A stretch of 64,000 nt of DNA, from contig JBJMMR010000073.1 in NCBI GenBank assembly GCA_045804645.1, forward strand, positions 1,146 to 65,145, read 5' to 3'. Source of the DNA: Chloroflexota bacterium. Lineage in GTDB: Bacteria > Chloroflexota > Limnocylindria > Limnocylindrales > CSP1-4. Positions 1 to 9,231 of the stretch are shown piece after piece. The first letter of the stretch is position 1. Each line of letters opens with the position of its first letter. A program made the position numbers and the translations under genes. The notes beneath the pieces are model-generated. The model was not told the DNA's origin. It was given only the letters and a program-made list of their open reading frames with translations, and did no database searches.

Positions 1-1
1 C

Positions 2-265
2 GGGACGCCGTTGTTCCAGTTCGGACCGATCGGCTACACCCTGCTGACCGATGCGGCTGCCGCACCGAGCCCGTCGGCGAGCGAGGCGACAGCGCCATCC
101 GCGGGCTCGTCGGCAACGGCCGCCCCGGGCGACACCGGCTCGCCGACCAGCGGGACCGGCGCGAACACGGGCTTGCTCCTGGCCGTCGGGGCCGTCGTCC
201 TCGTCGCCGTGGTGGGGACACTCGCGGTCCGGAGGCGCGGCGCCAAGGCGACCGAAGAGGAGTGA
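2..265 (+). CDS. 3' fragment (5' end outside window) of a family-5 peptide/nickel ABC substrate-binding protein with low-complexity linker and C-terminal TM anchor
   Basis: Frame is open from the window edge. Tail GTPLFQFGPIGY...Pro/Ser/Thr/Ala-rich linker...LLLAVGAVVLVAVVGTLAVRRRG parallels the C-terminus of the complete SBP at 4554..6512. Stop TGA at 263-265. Confidence 0.5.
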   Translation, partial: GTPLFQFGPIGYTLLTDAAAAPSPSASEATAPSAGSSATAAPGDTGSPTSGTGANTGLLLAVGAVVLVAVVGTLAVRRRGAKATEEE

Positions 266-280
266 TCGAAGGGCACCGGC

Positions 281-312
281 GAGGCACGCCCGGCTCGCTC
301 GGGCCGTGCCTC
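281..312 (+). terminator. GC-rich intercistronic hairpin between the SBP gene and the permease genes (attenuator/partial terminator candidate)
   Basis: GAGGCACG CCCG / CGGG(C)CGTGCCTC gives 8+4 bp with one bulge and a 7-nt loop, 16 nt after the stop codon. No T-tract. Confidence 0.35.
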
Positions 313-342
313 CGCCGCCTGCCCGTCGACTGACCCGCGACC

Positions 343-1317
343 GTGGCGACCCGGTTCATCGTCCGCCGCCTCGGCCAGGCGGCGCTGACGATCGTCATGA
401 TCGTCCTTGTCAACTTCGTGCTGTTCCGAGCCATGCCGGGATCGCCGGACCGGATCCTGGCCCGCAACCCGAACGTTTCCCCCCAGGCGATCCAGCAGAT
501 CCGCGAGCGGTGGGGGATCGACAAGCCGTTGATCCCCGACCAGCTCGTCGCCTACATGGCGGCGACGCTCCAGGGCGATCTTGGCAACTCATTCGGCCAG
601 CGCGGTCGGCCCGTGACCGAGGTCGTCGGCAGCCACCTCGGCCCGACGCTCCTGTTGTTCGGCCTGGGCGAGGTGATCGCCATCGTCGTCGGTCTCGCCT
701 TGGGGGCATACGCGGGCTGGAGACGTGGAGGTGCTGTCGATCTCGTCGGGAACGGGATCTCGCTCATCCTCTATTCGATGCCGTACTTCCTGCTCGGGAT
801 GATCCTGCTGCTCATCTTCTCCGCAACCCTCCACTGGTTCCCGTCGTTCGGCATGACGACGCTCGGCGTCGCCCACGACTCGCCGCTCGAGTACCTCGCT
901 GACCTGTCCGCGCATCTGATCCTGCCCGTGGCGACCGTCGCGCTCGGGCTCATCGGTCAGTACTCGATCCTGATGCGCTCCTCGATCATCGAGACGATGT
1001 CTGACGAATACATCACGACGGCGCGGGCCAAGGGCATCACCGACAGCCGGATCCTGCGCGGCCACGCCCTCCCGAACGCGATGCTGCCGACCGTCTCGCT
1101 GATCGCGATCAACCTCGGGTATGTGGTCGCGGGCGCGATCACCGTGGAGGTCGTGTTCAACTGGCCGGGCCTCGGGACGTTGACGGTCGACGCGCTCAAG
1201 AGCCGCGACTACCCCGTGCTCCAGGGCATCTTCCTCGTGCTGAGCATCTCGGTCGTGTTCGCCAACCTCGGCGCGGACATGATCTATGGCCGCCTCGATC
1301 CGCGGGTGCGCGCGTGA
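343..1317 (+). CDS. ABC peptide/nickel transporter permease (DppB/OppB type)
   Basis: 324 aa, GTG start, multiple TM segments. Motif YITTARAKGITDSRILRGHALPNAMLP is typical of the DppB/OppB family. 4-nt overlap with the next gene. Confidence 0.9.
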   Translation: MATRFIVRRLGQAALTIVMIVLVNFVLFRAMPGSPDRILARNPNVSPQAIQQIRERWGIDKPLIPDQLVAYMAATLQGDLGNSFGQRGRPVTEVVGSHLGPTLLLFGLGEVIAIVVGLALGAYAGWRRGGAVDLVGNGISLILYSMPYFLLGMILLLIFSATLHWFPSFGMTTLGVAHDSPLEYLADLSAHLILPVATVALGLIGQYSILMRSSIIETMSDEYITTARAKGITDSRILRGHALPNAMLPTVSLIAINLGYVVAGAITVEVVFNWPGLGTLTVDALKSRDYPVLQGIFLVLSISVVFANLGADMIYGRLDPRVRA

Positions 1318-2252
1318 CGACGCCGGCCGCGACGATCGGCGTCGCGCCGCTCGCCCCACCCACTCGCGAGCAGGGGCTCCTCCGACGGCTCATCGCACGT
1401 CCGGACGGCCTCTTCGGGCTCATCATCCTGGTGATCTTCGTCGTGCTCGCGGCCGTGCCGGATCTCCTTGTCGGGCCGCTTCAAACGGCGACGACCGCGA
1501 CGGGCGGACGCCTGCAGCCGCCGTCGCTCGAATTCCCGCTGGGCACGGACGAGATCGGGCGCAGCATGCTGAACCTGACCGTCCACGGCACACGGATCTC
1601 GATGGTGATCGGGTTCCTGGCAACCGCGATCACGGTATTCATCGGTGGGCTGATCGGCATCGTCGGCGGGTTCGCGGGCGGCAAGCTCGACGCCGTCCTG
1701 ATGCGCATCACGGACTTCTTCCTCGTCCTGCCGACGTTCGTCCTGGCACTCATCCTCGCGCCGATCATCTCCGACGTCATCGGCACGGGCTCGACGATCC
1801 TCGGTATCCGCACGACGCTCGTCGTGATCGTCGTCGTGGTCGGCATCACGAGCTGGGCCTCGACGGCGCGCATCCTCCGCGCACAGGCGTTGTCGCTGAA
1901 GGAGCGCCCGTTCGTCGACCGAGCGCGGGTCATCGGCGCCGGCCGCCTGCACATCGTCCGCCGCCACATCCTTCCCAACGTCGTGAATCTGATCGTCGCG
2001 AACGCCGTGCTCGTGTTCGCGGGCGCCGTGCTCACGGAGACGACGCTGTCGTTCGTCGGGCTGGGCGATCCGTTCCAGCCGTCGTGGGGTCAGCTCCTCA
2101 ATGCGGCCGAGGAGGTCGGCGCGGCGAACCTCGGGGCGTGGTGGTACTTCGTCCCGCCGGGCGCATGCATCGTGCTCGTCGTATTTGCCTTCACGCTCCT
2201 CGGGACGGCCCTCGACGACCTGCTCAACCCGCGTCGGCGGTCACGGCGATGA
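1314..2252 (+). CDS. ABC peptide/nickel transporter permease (DppC/OppC type)
   Basis: 312 aa. Motif FVDRARVIGAGRLHIVRRHILPNVVNLIV is typical of DppC/OppC. ATGA overlap with the next gene. Confidence 0.9.
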   Translation: MTTPAATIGVAPLAPPTREQGLLRRLIARPDGLFGLIILVIFVVLAAVPDLLVGPLQTATTATGGRLQPPSLEFPLGTDEIGRSMLNLTVHGTRISMVIGFLATAITVFIGGLIGIVGGFAGGKLDAVLMRITDFFLVLPTFVLALILAPIISDVIGTGSTILGIRTTLVVIVVVVGITSWASTARILRAQALSLKERPFVDRARVIGAGRLHIVRRHILPNVVNLIVANAVLVFAGAVLTETTLSFVGLGDPFQPSWGQLLNAAEEVGAANLGAWWYFVPPGACIVLVVFAFTLLGTALDDLLNPRRRSRR

Positions 2253-3454
2253 GCCTCCCAGTCCCGCCATCAGCTCGCGACGGCATCACGCCGCCGGATG
2301 TCGAGACCGAGGAGCTCGACGAGCAAGAAACACTCGATGCGGTCGCCATGATCGATGAAGTCGCGCCGAGCGCCGGCATCACCACGGCCGGCCAGCGGCG
2401 CCAGCGCCCGCTGCCGAAGCTCGCCGATCCCGCAGCGCCGCTCCTCGTCGTCGAGGATCTCAAGACCTACTTCTCGACGGGGTCGGGTCCGGTCCGAGCG
2501 GTCGACGGCGTGTCGTTCAAGCTGGAGCACGGCGAGGCGTTGGGCATCGCCGGCGAATCGGGCTGCGGCAAGACGACGACGGCGCTGTCGCTCGTCCGGA
2601 TCCTGCCCGCGAACGCGAAGATCATGTCCGGGAGCATCTCGCTCATGGGCATCGACCTGGTGCCGAAGTCGGACAATGCGCTCCGTCGGTACCGCTGGCG
2701 CGAGATCAGCATCGTCTTCCAGGGTGCGATGAACGCGCTCAACCCCGTTCGTCGTATCCGCGACCAGATCGCGGAGCCGATCGAGGAGCGTCTCGGCGAG
2801 TCCCCGAAAGCCGCACGGAAGCGGGCTGGTGACCTGCTGGAGCTCGTCGGCATCCCACGCAAGCGTGGTGATGCGTATCCGCATCAGCTCTCGGGCGGGA
2901 TGCGGCAGCGCGCGATGATCGCCATGGCGCTCGCCTGCGATCCGGCGATCGTGATCGGCGACGAACCGACGACGGCGCTCGACGTGATGGTCCAGGCGCA
3001 GATCCTGCAGCTGCTCGAAGACCTCCGCCAGAAGCTCGGGCTGTCGCTGATCCTCATCACGCATGACCTGTCGGTCATCGCCGAGACGTGCGACCGCGTG
3101 ATGGTCATGTACGCCGGCCGGGTGGCCGAGGAGGGACCGGTAGAGGAGGTATTCCGCCGACCGCGTCATCCGTATACGCAGAAGCTGATGGCGGCGTTCC
3201 CGAACATCCACGCGGATCGCCGGACGCTCGACGTCATCCCGGGTGAACCGCCCGACCTGCGCCAACCACCACCCGGATGCCGGTTCGCACCGCGCTGTCC
3301 GTTCGCGATGCCGGTGTGCCGTGAGGTCGTCCCGCCCGAAACATCGTTCTCTGGCGTACGCGTCGCCTGCCATCTGTATCCCGTCGGGAGCGATGGCGTC
3401 CCGGTCACGGTGCCGCCCGCAACGGCCGACGAGATGCCGGCGGCGGCGAGATGA
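2249..3454 (+). CDS. ABC peptide transporter ATP-binding protein (DppD/OppD type)
   Basis: In-frame ATG at 2249 within tracked ORF 1286..3454, forming an ATGA overlap with the permease stop. Walker A GESGCGKT, signature LSGGMRQR, Walker B IVIGDEPT, C-terminal oligopeptide-type Cys motif CRFAPRCPFAMPVC. Confidence 0.85.
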   Translation: MSLPVPPSARDGITPPDVETEELDEQETLDAVAMIDEVAPSAGITTAGQRRQRPLPKLADPAAPLLVVEDLKTYFSTGSGPVRAVDGVSFKLEHGEALGIAGESGCGKTTTALSLVRILPANAKIMSGSISLMGIDLVPKSDNALRRYRWREISIVFQGAMNALNPVRRIRDQIAEPIEERLGESPKAARKRAGDLLELVGIPRKRGDAYPHQLSGGMRQRAMIAMALACDPAIVIGDEPTTALDVMVQAQILQLLEDLRQKLGLSLILITHDLSVIAETCDRVMVMYAGRVAEEGPVEEVFRRPRHPYTQKLMAAFPNIHADRRTLDVIPGEPPDLRQPPPGCRFAPRCPFAMPVCREVVPPETSFSGVRVACHLYPVGSDGVPVTVPPATADEMPAAAR

Positions 3455-4557
3455 CGGACGAACTCCACACGATGGAAGGCCTTCGTGCCGTCGATGCCGG
3501 CGCCGCCGACGACCTGCTGCGGCTCGAGGGCCTCCAGGTCCACTTCCCGATCGGTGGCGGGATGCTCGACACCCTGATGCGTCAGCCGACGGCCGTCGTG
3601 CGGGCCGTCGACGGCGTCGACCTCTCCCTGCGGCGGGGCGAGGTACTCGCGCTAGTCGGCGAGTCAGGGAGCGGCAAGACGACGATCGGCCGCGTGATCG
3701 TGAAGCTGACGCGGCCGACGGCCGGGACCGTGACGTTCGAGGGCCACGACGTCACGAAGGTCTGGTCGGGCTCGGAGCTGCGCGACTACCGCCGACGCGT
3801 GCAGGTCATCTTCCAGGATCCGTACGAGACGCTTGATCCCAAGCAGACCATCTACGACTTCGTTGCCGAGCCCTTGATCGTGAACGGGCTGGGCTCAGCC
3901 GCCGAGCGACGAGAGCGCGTGCTCGGCGCCCTCGACGCGGCTGGTCTCCGGCCTGCCGAGGACTATGCCGCCCGCTATCCCCACGAGCTCTCCGGTGGGC
4001 AGCGCCAACGCGTCGTCATCGCCGGAGCGCTCGTGATGGGCCCGCAGTTGATCGTTGCCGACGAACCCGTCTCGATGCTGGACGTCTCGATCCGCACCGA
4101 GCTCCTGCGGCTCATGTTGGCCCTCCGCTGGGAGCGCGGCCTGACCTATCTCTTCATCACCCATGACCTGTCGCTTGCCTGGGTGCTCGCCGACCGGATC
4201 GCGGTCATGTACCTCGGCCGGATCATGGAGATCGGGACCGCCGAGGAGGTGATCCGAACACCGCGCAACCCCTACACCGAAGCCCTCGTGTCGGTGTCGC
4301 CCTCGCCGGAGCCGATGTCGCGTGCCGGTCGGTCCGAGCGGACGATCCTCAAGGGCGAGACGCCGGACGCCGTCCGTATCCCGTCGGGCTGTCGGTTCCA
4401 TCCGCGCTGCCCGAAAGCCTTCGACCGCTGTCGCGTCGAATCCCCGCCGTTGTTCGATGTCGGAGGCGGACATCGGTCGGCGTGCTGGCTGGCCGAGCCC
4501 GGAGCCGAGGCGGGCGGTCGGGCCCTGCCGGTGGTGGACGCCGCCCGGGTCCCATGA
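3451..4557 (+). CDS. ABC peptide transporter ATP-binding protein (DppF/OppF type)
   Basis: 368 aa. Walker A GESGSGKT, LSGGQRQR, IVADEPVS, C-terminal CRFHPRCP motif. 4-nt overlaps on both sides. Confidence 0.9.
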   Translation: MTDELHTMEGLRAVDAGAADDLLRLEGLQVHFPIGGGMLDTLMRQPTAVVRAVDGVDLSLRRGEVLALVGESGSGKTTIGRVIVKLTRPTAGTVTFEGHDVTKVWSGSELRDYRRRVQVIFQDPYETLDPKQTIYDFVAEPLIVNGLGSAAERRERVLGALDAAGLRPAEDYAARYPHELSGGQRQRVVIAGALVMGPQLIVADEPVSMLDVSIRTELLRLMLALRWERGLTYLFITHDLSLAWVLADRIAVMYLGRIMEIGTAEEVIRTPRNPYTEALVSVSPSPEPMSRAGRSERTILKGETPDAVRIPSGCRFHPRCPKAFDRCRVESPPLFDVGGGHRSACWLAEPGAEAGGRALPVVDAARVP

Positions 4558-6512
4558 ACCGAGCTCTGCGCGGGGCGACCGCGGTCGCGGTCAGTGCGAT
4601 CCTCGCGGCCGCCGTCGGCGGGTCGCGACCCGTCGCCGGCGCGGACGACGAGCGGACGTTGCGGATCGGGACGACGCAGGAGTTCGACTCGATCAACCCC
4701 AACCTCGCATTGATCGCGTCGTCCGCCGAAGCATCGAACCTGGATTACGACGTCCTCGTCGGCGTCGATCCGAAGGGTGAGTACGTCCCGACAGGTTTCG
4801 CCGAAAGCTGGACGCGCGACGGGACGACGTGGACCTTCAAGATCCGCGACGGGATCCGGTGGTCGGATGGTGAGGCCGCGGACGCGAACGACGTCGCCTT
4901 CACGTACCGCTACCTGCTCGCGAGCCGCGACCCGAGGTACATCGGGCCATGGGCGCCGGCCGGCAACGACCTCGCGTTGGCGGGTGCGCTCCACGCGGAC
5001 GGGCGCGCGGACCACCCGCTATCGCTGTATGGCGACATGCTCGCGCGGGTGGCAGGTCTGCGGACGGTGCAGCTCGTCGATGCACACACGGTCACGATGA
5101 CCACCGCGAATCCGACGACGCTCTTGCTCGGTGCCCTCGTCCCGATCCTGCCCGAACACATCTGGTCGAGCGTCCCCTTCGCGGCCGCCGGCAGCGATTT
5201 CCAGCGGCAACCCCCGGTCGTCGGGTCGGGGCCATTCCAGGTCGTCGACTGGCAGCTCGGCGGTGCGGCGAGGTTCGCGCAGAACCCTTTCTACTGGGGA
5301 CGGCCCCCATACGTCGCTGAGGTCGACTTCCGCTTCTACCGCGATACGGATTCGCTCGCGGCGGCGCTCGAAGGCGGGGACATCGATTACGCCCGGGAGA
5401 TCGCCCCCGCAGATGTCGATCGCCTCGAGGCCGCCCCTGACGTGGACGTCGTCCAGGGCGCCGCATCCGGCTTCACGCATCTGGCCTTCAACACCTACGC
5501 GAAGCCGATCGACGGCGGCGGGGCGTCGACGCCGGCGGTGCGCGACCCCCGGTTCCGGGCGGCCCTCGACTACGCGCTCGATCGACCCGCGATCATCGGG
5601 GCAGCTGTCGACGGCTACGCGACGCCGGCGACGACGCTCATCCCGCCCGCGAGCGAGCCATTCCACAGCGACGCGGCGCACCCCCGAACGTTCGACGTCG
5701 CCGAAGCCGAGGAGCGGCTAACGGCTGCCGGCTATGTCGACTCCGACGAGGACGGCGTCCGTGAGGACGAGGATGGTCGGCCGATCGACCTGCGCCTGTA
5801 CTACCCGACATCGGACCCGAGATACCTCGCGGCGGCGCTCGCCATCGCCGAGCAGTGGGAACGCGTCGGCGTCGACGTCACCCCCAAGGGCCTCGAACCC
5901 GACGCGCTCGAGGAGCAGCTGTACACCCCAGAGGCGGGCGGTACGGCCGAATACGACGCAGTCCTCTGGAGCTGGTCGGGATCACCGGACCCCGACTTCC
6001 TGCTTTCGCTCCTCACGACCGCCCAGATCGGGAAGCTGAGCGACAGCAGCTACTCGAACCCGGCGTACGATCGGCTCTTCGAGGCGCAACGACATGCGCC
6101 GAGCGTCGAGGACCGCCAGGCGATCGTCCGCCAGATGCTCGGGTTGGTCTACGACGACGCCCCGTACCTGCTCCTGTTCTACGACGACGAGCTCGATGCG
6201 CATCGCACGGACCGGTTCAGCGGTTGGACATCAGCGCCGGGGGCATCGACGCCGCTGTTCACGACGGGCGTCGCTGGCTATCTGCGTCTTGCCGCACCTG
6301 CCCCCGTGCCGAGCGCGACGACACCTCCGCCGGCCCCCACGCCCGCGGAGACAGCGTCCCAGACGGAGAGCGGATCGCCCGCGGCGGCCGCGCCGTGGCT
6401 CACACGCACCGACGCGACGCTCGCGCTGGTCGGTTCGCTGCTATCCGTGATCGCGCTCATCCTGATCCTGATCGCATCCCGGGCGCGGTCTCCGAAGGGA
6501 CGCGCGCCCTAG
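4554..6512 (+). CDS. Family-5 peptide/nickel substrate-binding protein, Sec signal peptide plus C-terminal Pro-rich linker and TM anchor
   Basis: ATG at 4554 (ATGA overlap with the ATPase stop) inside tracked ORF 4482..6512. Signal-like MNRALRGATAVAVSAILAAAVGGSRPVAGA. SBP_bac_5-like body. C-terminal PAPVPSATTPPPAPTPAE linker then LALVGSLLSVIALILILIASRAR. Confidence 0.85.
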   Translation: MNRALRGATAVAVSAILAAAVGGSRPVAGADDERTLRIGTTQEFDSINPNLALIASSAEASNLDYDVLVGVDPKGEYVPTGFAESWTRDGTTWTFKIRDGIRWSDGEAADANDVAFTYRYLLASRDPRYIGPWAPAGNDLALAGALHADGRADHPLSLYGDMLARVAGLRTVQLVDAHTVTMTTANPTTLLLGALVPILPEHIWSSVPFAAAGSDFQRQPPVVGSGPFQVVDWQLGGAARFAQNPFYWGRPPYVAEVDFRFYRDTDSLAAALEGGDIDYAREIAPADVDRLEAAPDVDVVQGAASGFTHLAFNTYAKPIDGGGASTPAVRDPRFRAALDYALDRPAIIGAAVDGYATPATTLIPPASEPFHSDAAHPRTFDVAEAEERLTAAGYVDSDEDGVREDEDGRPIDLRLYYPTSDPRYLAAALAIAEQWERVGVDVTPKGLEPDALEEQLYTPEAGGTAEYDAVLWSWSGSPDPDFLLSLLTTAQIGKLSDSSYSNPAYDRLFEAQRHAPSVEDRQAIVRQMLGLVYDDAPYLLLFYDDELDAHRTDRFSGWTSAPGASTPLFTTGVAGYLRLAAPAPVPSATTPPPAPTPAETASQTESGSPAAAAPWLTRTDATLALVGSLLSVIALILILIASRARSPKGRAP

Positions 6513-6613
6513 GGGGCAACCTCCTCGCTGGCGTCACATCGAGGAGCGGGACCGGTGCCGACCCGGTGGACCGGCTCGGTCCAGTCGCGGATCGGTCCCG
6601 CCCGTACCATCCG

Positions 6614-7849
6614 GTGGTGCCCGAACCCCTGCCGCTCGGACGCAACCACGATTTCCGCGTCCTGCTCACGTCCCAGGGCGTGTCTGCGCTCGGCGACGCC
6701 GTGAGCTTCACCGCGCTCCCGTTGCTCGTGCTCGCGCTCACCGGCTCCGGGCTGTGGATGGGTGTCGTCGGTGCGTTGTCGAGCCTGCCGGATCTCTTCT
6801 TCGGGATGATCGCCGGCGCGCTCGCCGATCGAAGCGATCGCAAGCGGATGATGTTCCTGGCCGATCTCGGGCGGGCCATCCTCACGGCGCTCATCCCGAT
6901 CTCCGTGGTGCTCGGCGGGCCGACGCTGGCGGTCATCCTCCTCGTCACCGCGCCGATGAGCATCCTGCGATCGTTCTTCCTGGCCGGCTACACCGCCTCG
7001 GTGCCGATCCTCGTCGGACGGCCGCAACTCGCCAGGGCGAACTCGATCTTCGAGGCCGTCTACTCGTTCGGCTACATCATCGGGCCCGCGATCGCCGGCC
7101 TCCTCGCGGCGACCATCGGTGCCGGCCTGACGCTCGCCATCGATGCGGCGTCGTTCGCGGTCTCGAGCTTCGTGCTCGCGCTGATCCGCCGCGACCTGCG
7201 CGCACGGGCCGAGCGCTCGGAGGCGAGCCTCGTCGACGATATCCGGGAGGGGATCGTCTTCATCCTCCACCACCCCGTCCTCCGGCCGATGATCCTGTTC
7301 TGGGGCCTCGTCTCGATCACGCTCGCCCCCTTGGTCGCCGCGTTGACGGTGCACGTCACCCGCGACCTGGGGCAGAACGCGACGATCCTCGGACTCGTCC
7401 TGACCACCTACGGGATCGGCACGGTCATGGGCGCGTTGCTCACAGCGAGGACCGCGCGTCGGGCCGTGGCGCCGTTCCTGCTCGGCGGCACGCTCACGAC
7501 CGGCATCCTGCTCACGGTCGTCTCGCGCACGGACCAGATCCCGGTCCTTTTCGGCGCCGCCGCGATCGCCGGCGCCGCCCAGAGCGTCGTCCTCGTCACG
7601 TATCTGACCGCGCGGACCAACCTGAGCCCCGACCAGCTGCTCGGCCGCGTCGGCAGCACGGCACGGACGATCTCGCTCGGTCTCCAGCCCATCGGCATGC
7701 TGGTCGGCGGCGCCCTCATCGACCTCACGGACGGATCGACTACGCTGGCCGCCATGGGCCTGGTCCTCGTGATCCTTACCATCGGTTTCGCCCCGATCGG
7801 CGCCCTCAGGCGGGCGACGACGCTGCCGAGCGTGCCGGCTCCCCGTTAG
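6614..7849 (+). CDS. MFS transporter (EntS/efflux-like)
   Basis: C-terminal ~410 aa of tracked ORF 5855..7849. About 12 hydrophobic segments and an N-terminal RNHDFRVLLTSQGVSALGD motif. The start is ambiguous (GTG at 6566, 6614 or 6617). Upstream part of the tracked ORF is a shadow over the SBP gene. Confidence 0.75.
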   Translation: MVPEPLPLGRNHDFRVLLTSQGVSALGDAVSFTALPLLVLALTGSGLWMGVVGALSSLPDLFFGMIAGALADRSDRKRMMFLADLGRAILTALIPISVVLGGPTLAVILLVTAPMSILRSFFLAGYTASVPILVGRPQLARANSIFEAVYSFGYIIGPAIAGLLAATIGAGLTLAIDAASFAVSSFVLALIRRDLRARAERSEASLVDDIREGIVFILHHPVLRPMILFWGLVSITLAPLVAALTVHVTRDLGQNATILGLVLTTYGIGTVMGALLTARTARRAVAPFLLGGTLTTGILLTVVSRTDQIPVLFGAAAIAGAAQSVVLVTYLTARTNLSPDQLLGRVGSTARTISLGLQPIGMLVGGALIDLTDGSTTLAAMGLVLVILTIGFAPIGALRRATTLPSVPAPR

Positions 7850-7983
7850 GCGGCGATGTCGAGCGCCTCGGACACGTCGGGGACGACGTCCACCGTGACA
7901 CCGCAGCCGTCGCACCGGACGGCGTCGAGGACGCCCTCGACCTGCGCGTCACCTGAGCAGAACGGGCACTCGATGGTGGTCAT
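7846..7983 (-). CDS. 45-aa CxxC...CxxC zinc-ribbon-like small protein (not in the ORF track)
   Basis: Hand translation: MTTIECPFCSGDAQVEGVLDAVRCDGCGVTVDVVPDVSEALDIAA*. AAGGAG lies 8 nt upstream of the ATG (7992-7997). Sits 66 nt downstream of tag on the same strand. GC3-rich codons. Confidence 0.5.
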   Translation of the reverse strand: MTTIECPFCSGDAQVEGVLDAVRCDGCGVTVDVVPDVSEALDIAA

Positions 7984-8049
7984 CTGGTCGGCTCCTTGAC
8001 TCCGTCGCGCGGGTTCGATGCGCCGAAGTCTCAGATGCCCGAATGACAG

Positions 8050-8649
8050 CTAGCGTGTCACGCCTACGGCGCCGTACCGGAAACAGCCGGGCAGATGGTC
8101 GTCGACGAGGCCGACGCTCTGCATGAACGCATACATGATCGTCGACCCGACGAACCGGAAACCGCGGCGCTTGAGGTCCTTCGAAAACGCATCCGACACA
8201 GGGGTGCTCGCTGGGATGTCGTTGCCCGTCGAACCTGGCGCAAGCCGTTGCGGCGGCCCTGGCACGACCGACGCGAGATATGCATCGAACGATCCGAACT
8301 CCCGCGCCAGCTCCAGGACGCCGATCGCATTCGCGATCGTCGCTTCGATCTTGGCTCGGTTGCGCACGATCCCCGCGTCCGCCATCAGCCGCGCCCGATC
8401 GTCATCGTCGAACCGCGCCACGACCGCCGGCTCGAACCCGAGAAACGCCGCACGAAACGCGTCGCGCTTCTTGAGGATCGTCGACCATGACAGCCCGGCC
8501 TGGAACGACTCGAGCGCAAGGCGCTCGAACAGCTCGATGTCGTCGTGGACCGGCACACCCCATTCGCTGTCGTGGTAGGCGACCATCCGAGGATCCGGAC
8601 GAGCGTCGCTCGAGAGCGACCACCAGCAGCGGGTGAGTCCGTCGGTCAT
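8050..8649 (-). CDS. tag: DNA-3-methyladenine glycosylase I
   Basis: 199 aa. WGVPVHDDIELFERLALESFQAGLSWSTILKKRDAFRAAF and GIVRNRAKI are typical Tag motifs. Confidence 0.9.
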   Translation of the reverse strand: MTDGLTRCWWSLSSDARPDPRMVAYHDSEWGVPVHDDIELFERLALESFQAGLSWSTILKKRDAFRAAFLGFEPAVVARFDDDDRARLMADAGIVRNRAKIEATIANAIGVLELAREFGSFDAYLASVVPGPPQRLAPGSTGNDIPASTPVSDAFSKDLKRRGFRFVGSTIMYAFMQSVGLVDDHLPGCFRYGAVGVTR

Positions 8650-8674
8650 CGCCGAAGGCTACGCTACCGGCCTG

Positions 8675-9199
8675 ATGCCACTCCACTGCTACATCGGGCA
8701 CGGTGCCTCGGGCACCTCGGCGAGCATGAAGCCGTTCGTCGACGGCCTTCAGCGTCGCGGGCTCCAGGCGACGGCCATCGACCTCCCGAAGCGCAAGGCC
8801 GAGGAGGCGCTGCCGGCGTTCCATCGCGTCGTTCCCGACGACGCGACGACCGTCGTCGGCGGTCATTCGTACGGTGGCCGCGTGGCGAGCCTCGCAGCCG
8901 CCGAGCAGAACTCGCCCTACGCCGCCCTGATCCTCTTCTCGTTCCCGCTCCATCCGCCCGGTTCACCCGACCGGACGGCAGCACGCACCGCCCATTTCCC
9001 GGAGATCCGTTGTCCGGCCCTGTTCCTGTCCGGCGAGTCCGACCCGTTCGCCCGGGTCGACCTCCTGCGCGAAGCGGTCGGCCGGCTGGACGGCCCTGTC
9101 GAGCTTCACACCTACCCGAAGCTCGGCCACGGGCTGCTGCCCGTGCTCGACGACGCACTCGATCGGGTCGCCGCGTTCCTGTCAGCGATCCGCGCGTAG
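8675..9199 (+). CDS. Alpha/beta hydrolase family protein (KANL3/Tex30-like)
   Basis: In-frame ATG inside tracked ORF 8633..9199. IGHGASGTSASM near the N-terminus, GGHSYGGRVA nucleophile-elbow-like motif, C-terminal GHGL. The start could be GTG 8633. Confidence 0.7.
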   Translation: MPLHCYIGHGASGTSASMKPFVDGLQRRGLQATAIDLPKRKAEEALPAFHRVVPDDATTVVGGHSYGGRVASLAAAEQNSPYAALILFSFPLHPPGSPDRTAARTAHFPEIRCPALFLSGESDPFARVDLLREAVGRLDGPVELHTYPKLGHGLLPVLDDALDRVAAFLSAIRA

Positions 9200-9231
9200 C
9201 CCTCGCGGGGCCGCGGCGCCAGACGCCGTCG

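Noticed and set aside
589-1359. Long antisense or off-frame ORFs across the window (for example 589..1359 -, 6509..7915 -, 19301..20590 -, 21593..22834 -, 28274..29728 +, 41458..42624 -, 61806..63068 +, 32305..33702 -)
   Set aside because: They are Arg/Pro/Asp/His-rich, low-complexity translations lying opposite or out of frame to genes with clear family motifs. These are typical stop-poor shadow frames of a high-GC genome.
1286-3454. Tracked 722-aa ORF read as a single protein
   Set aside because: Its first ~320 aa are Arg/Pro/Gly-rich and lie out of frame over the well-supported permease gene 1314..2252. Recognisable ABC ATPase sequence begins at the in-frame ATG 2249, which forms an ATGA overlap with the permease stop.
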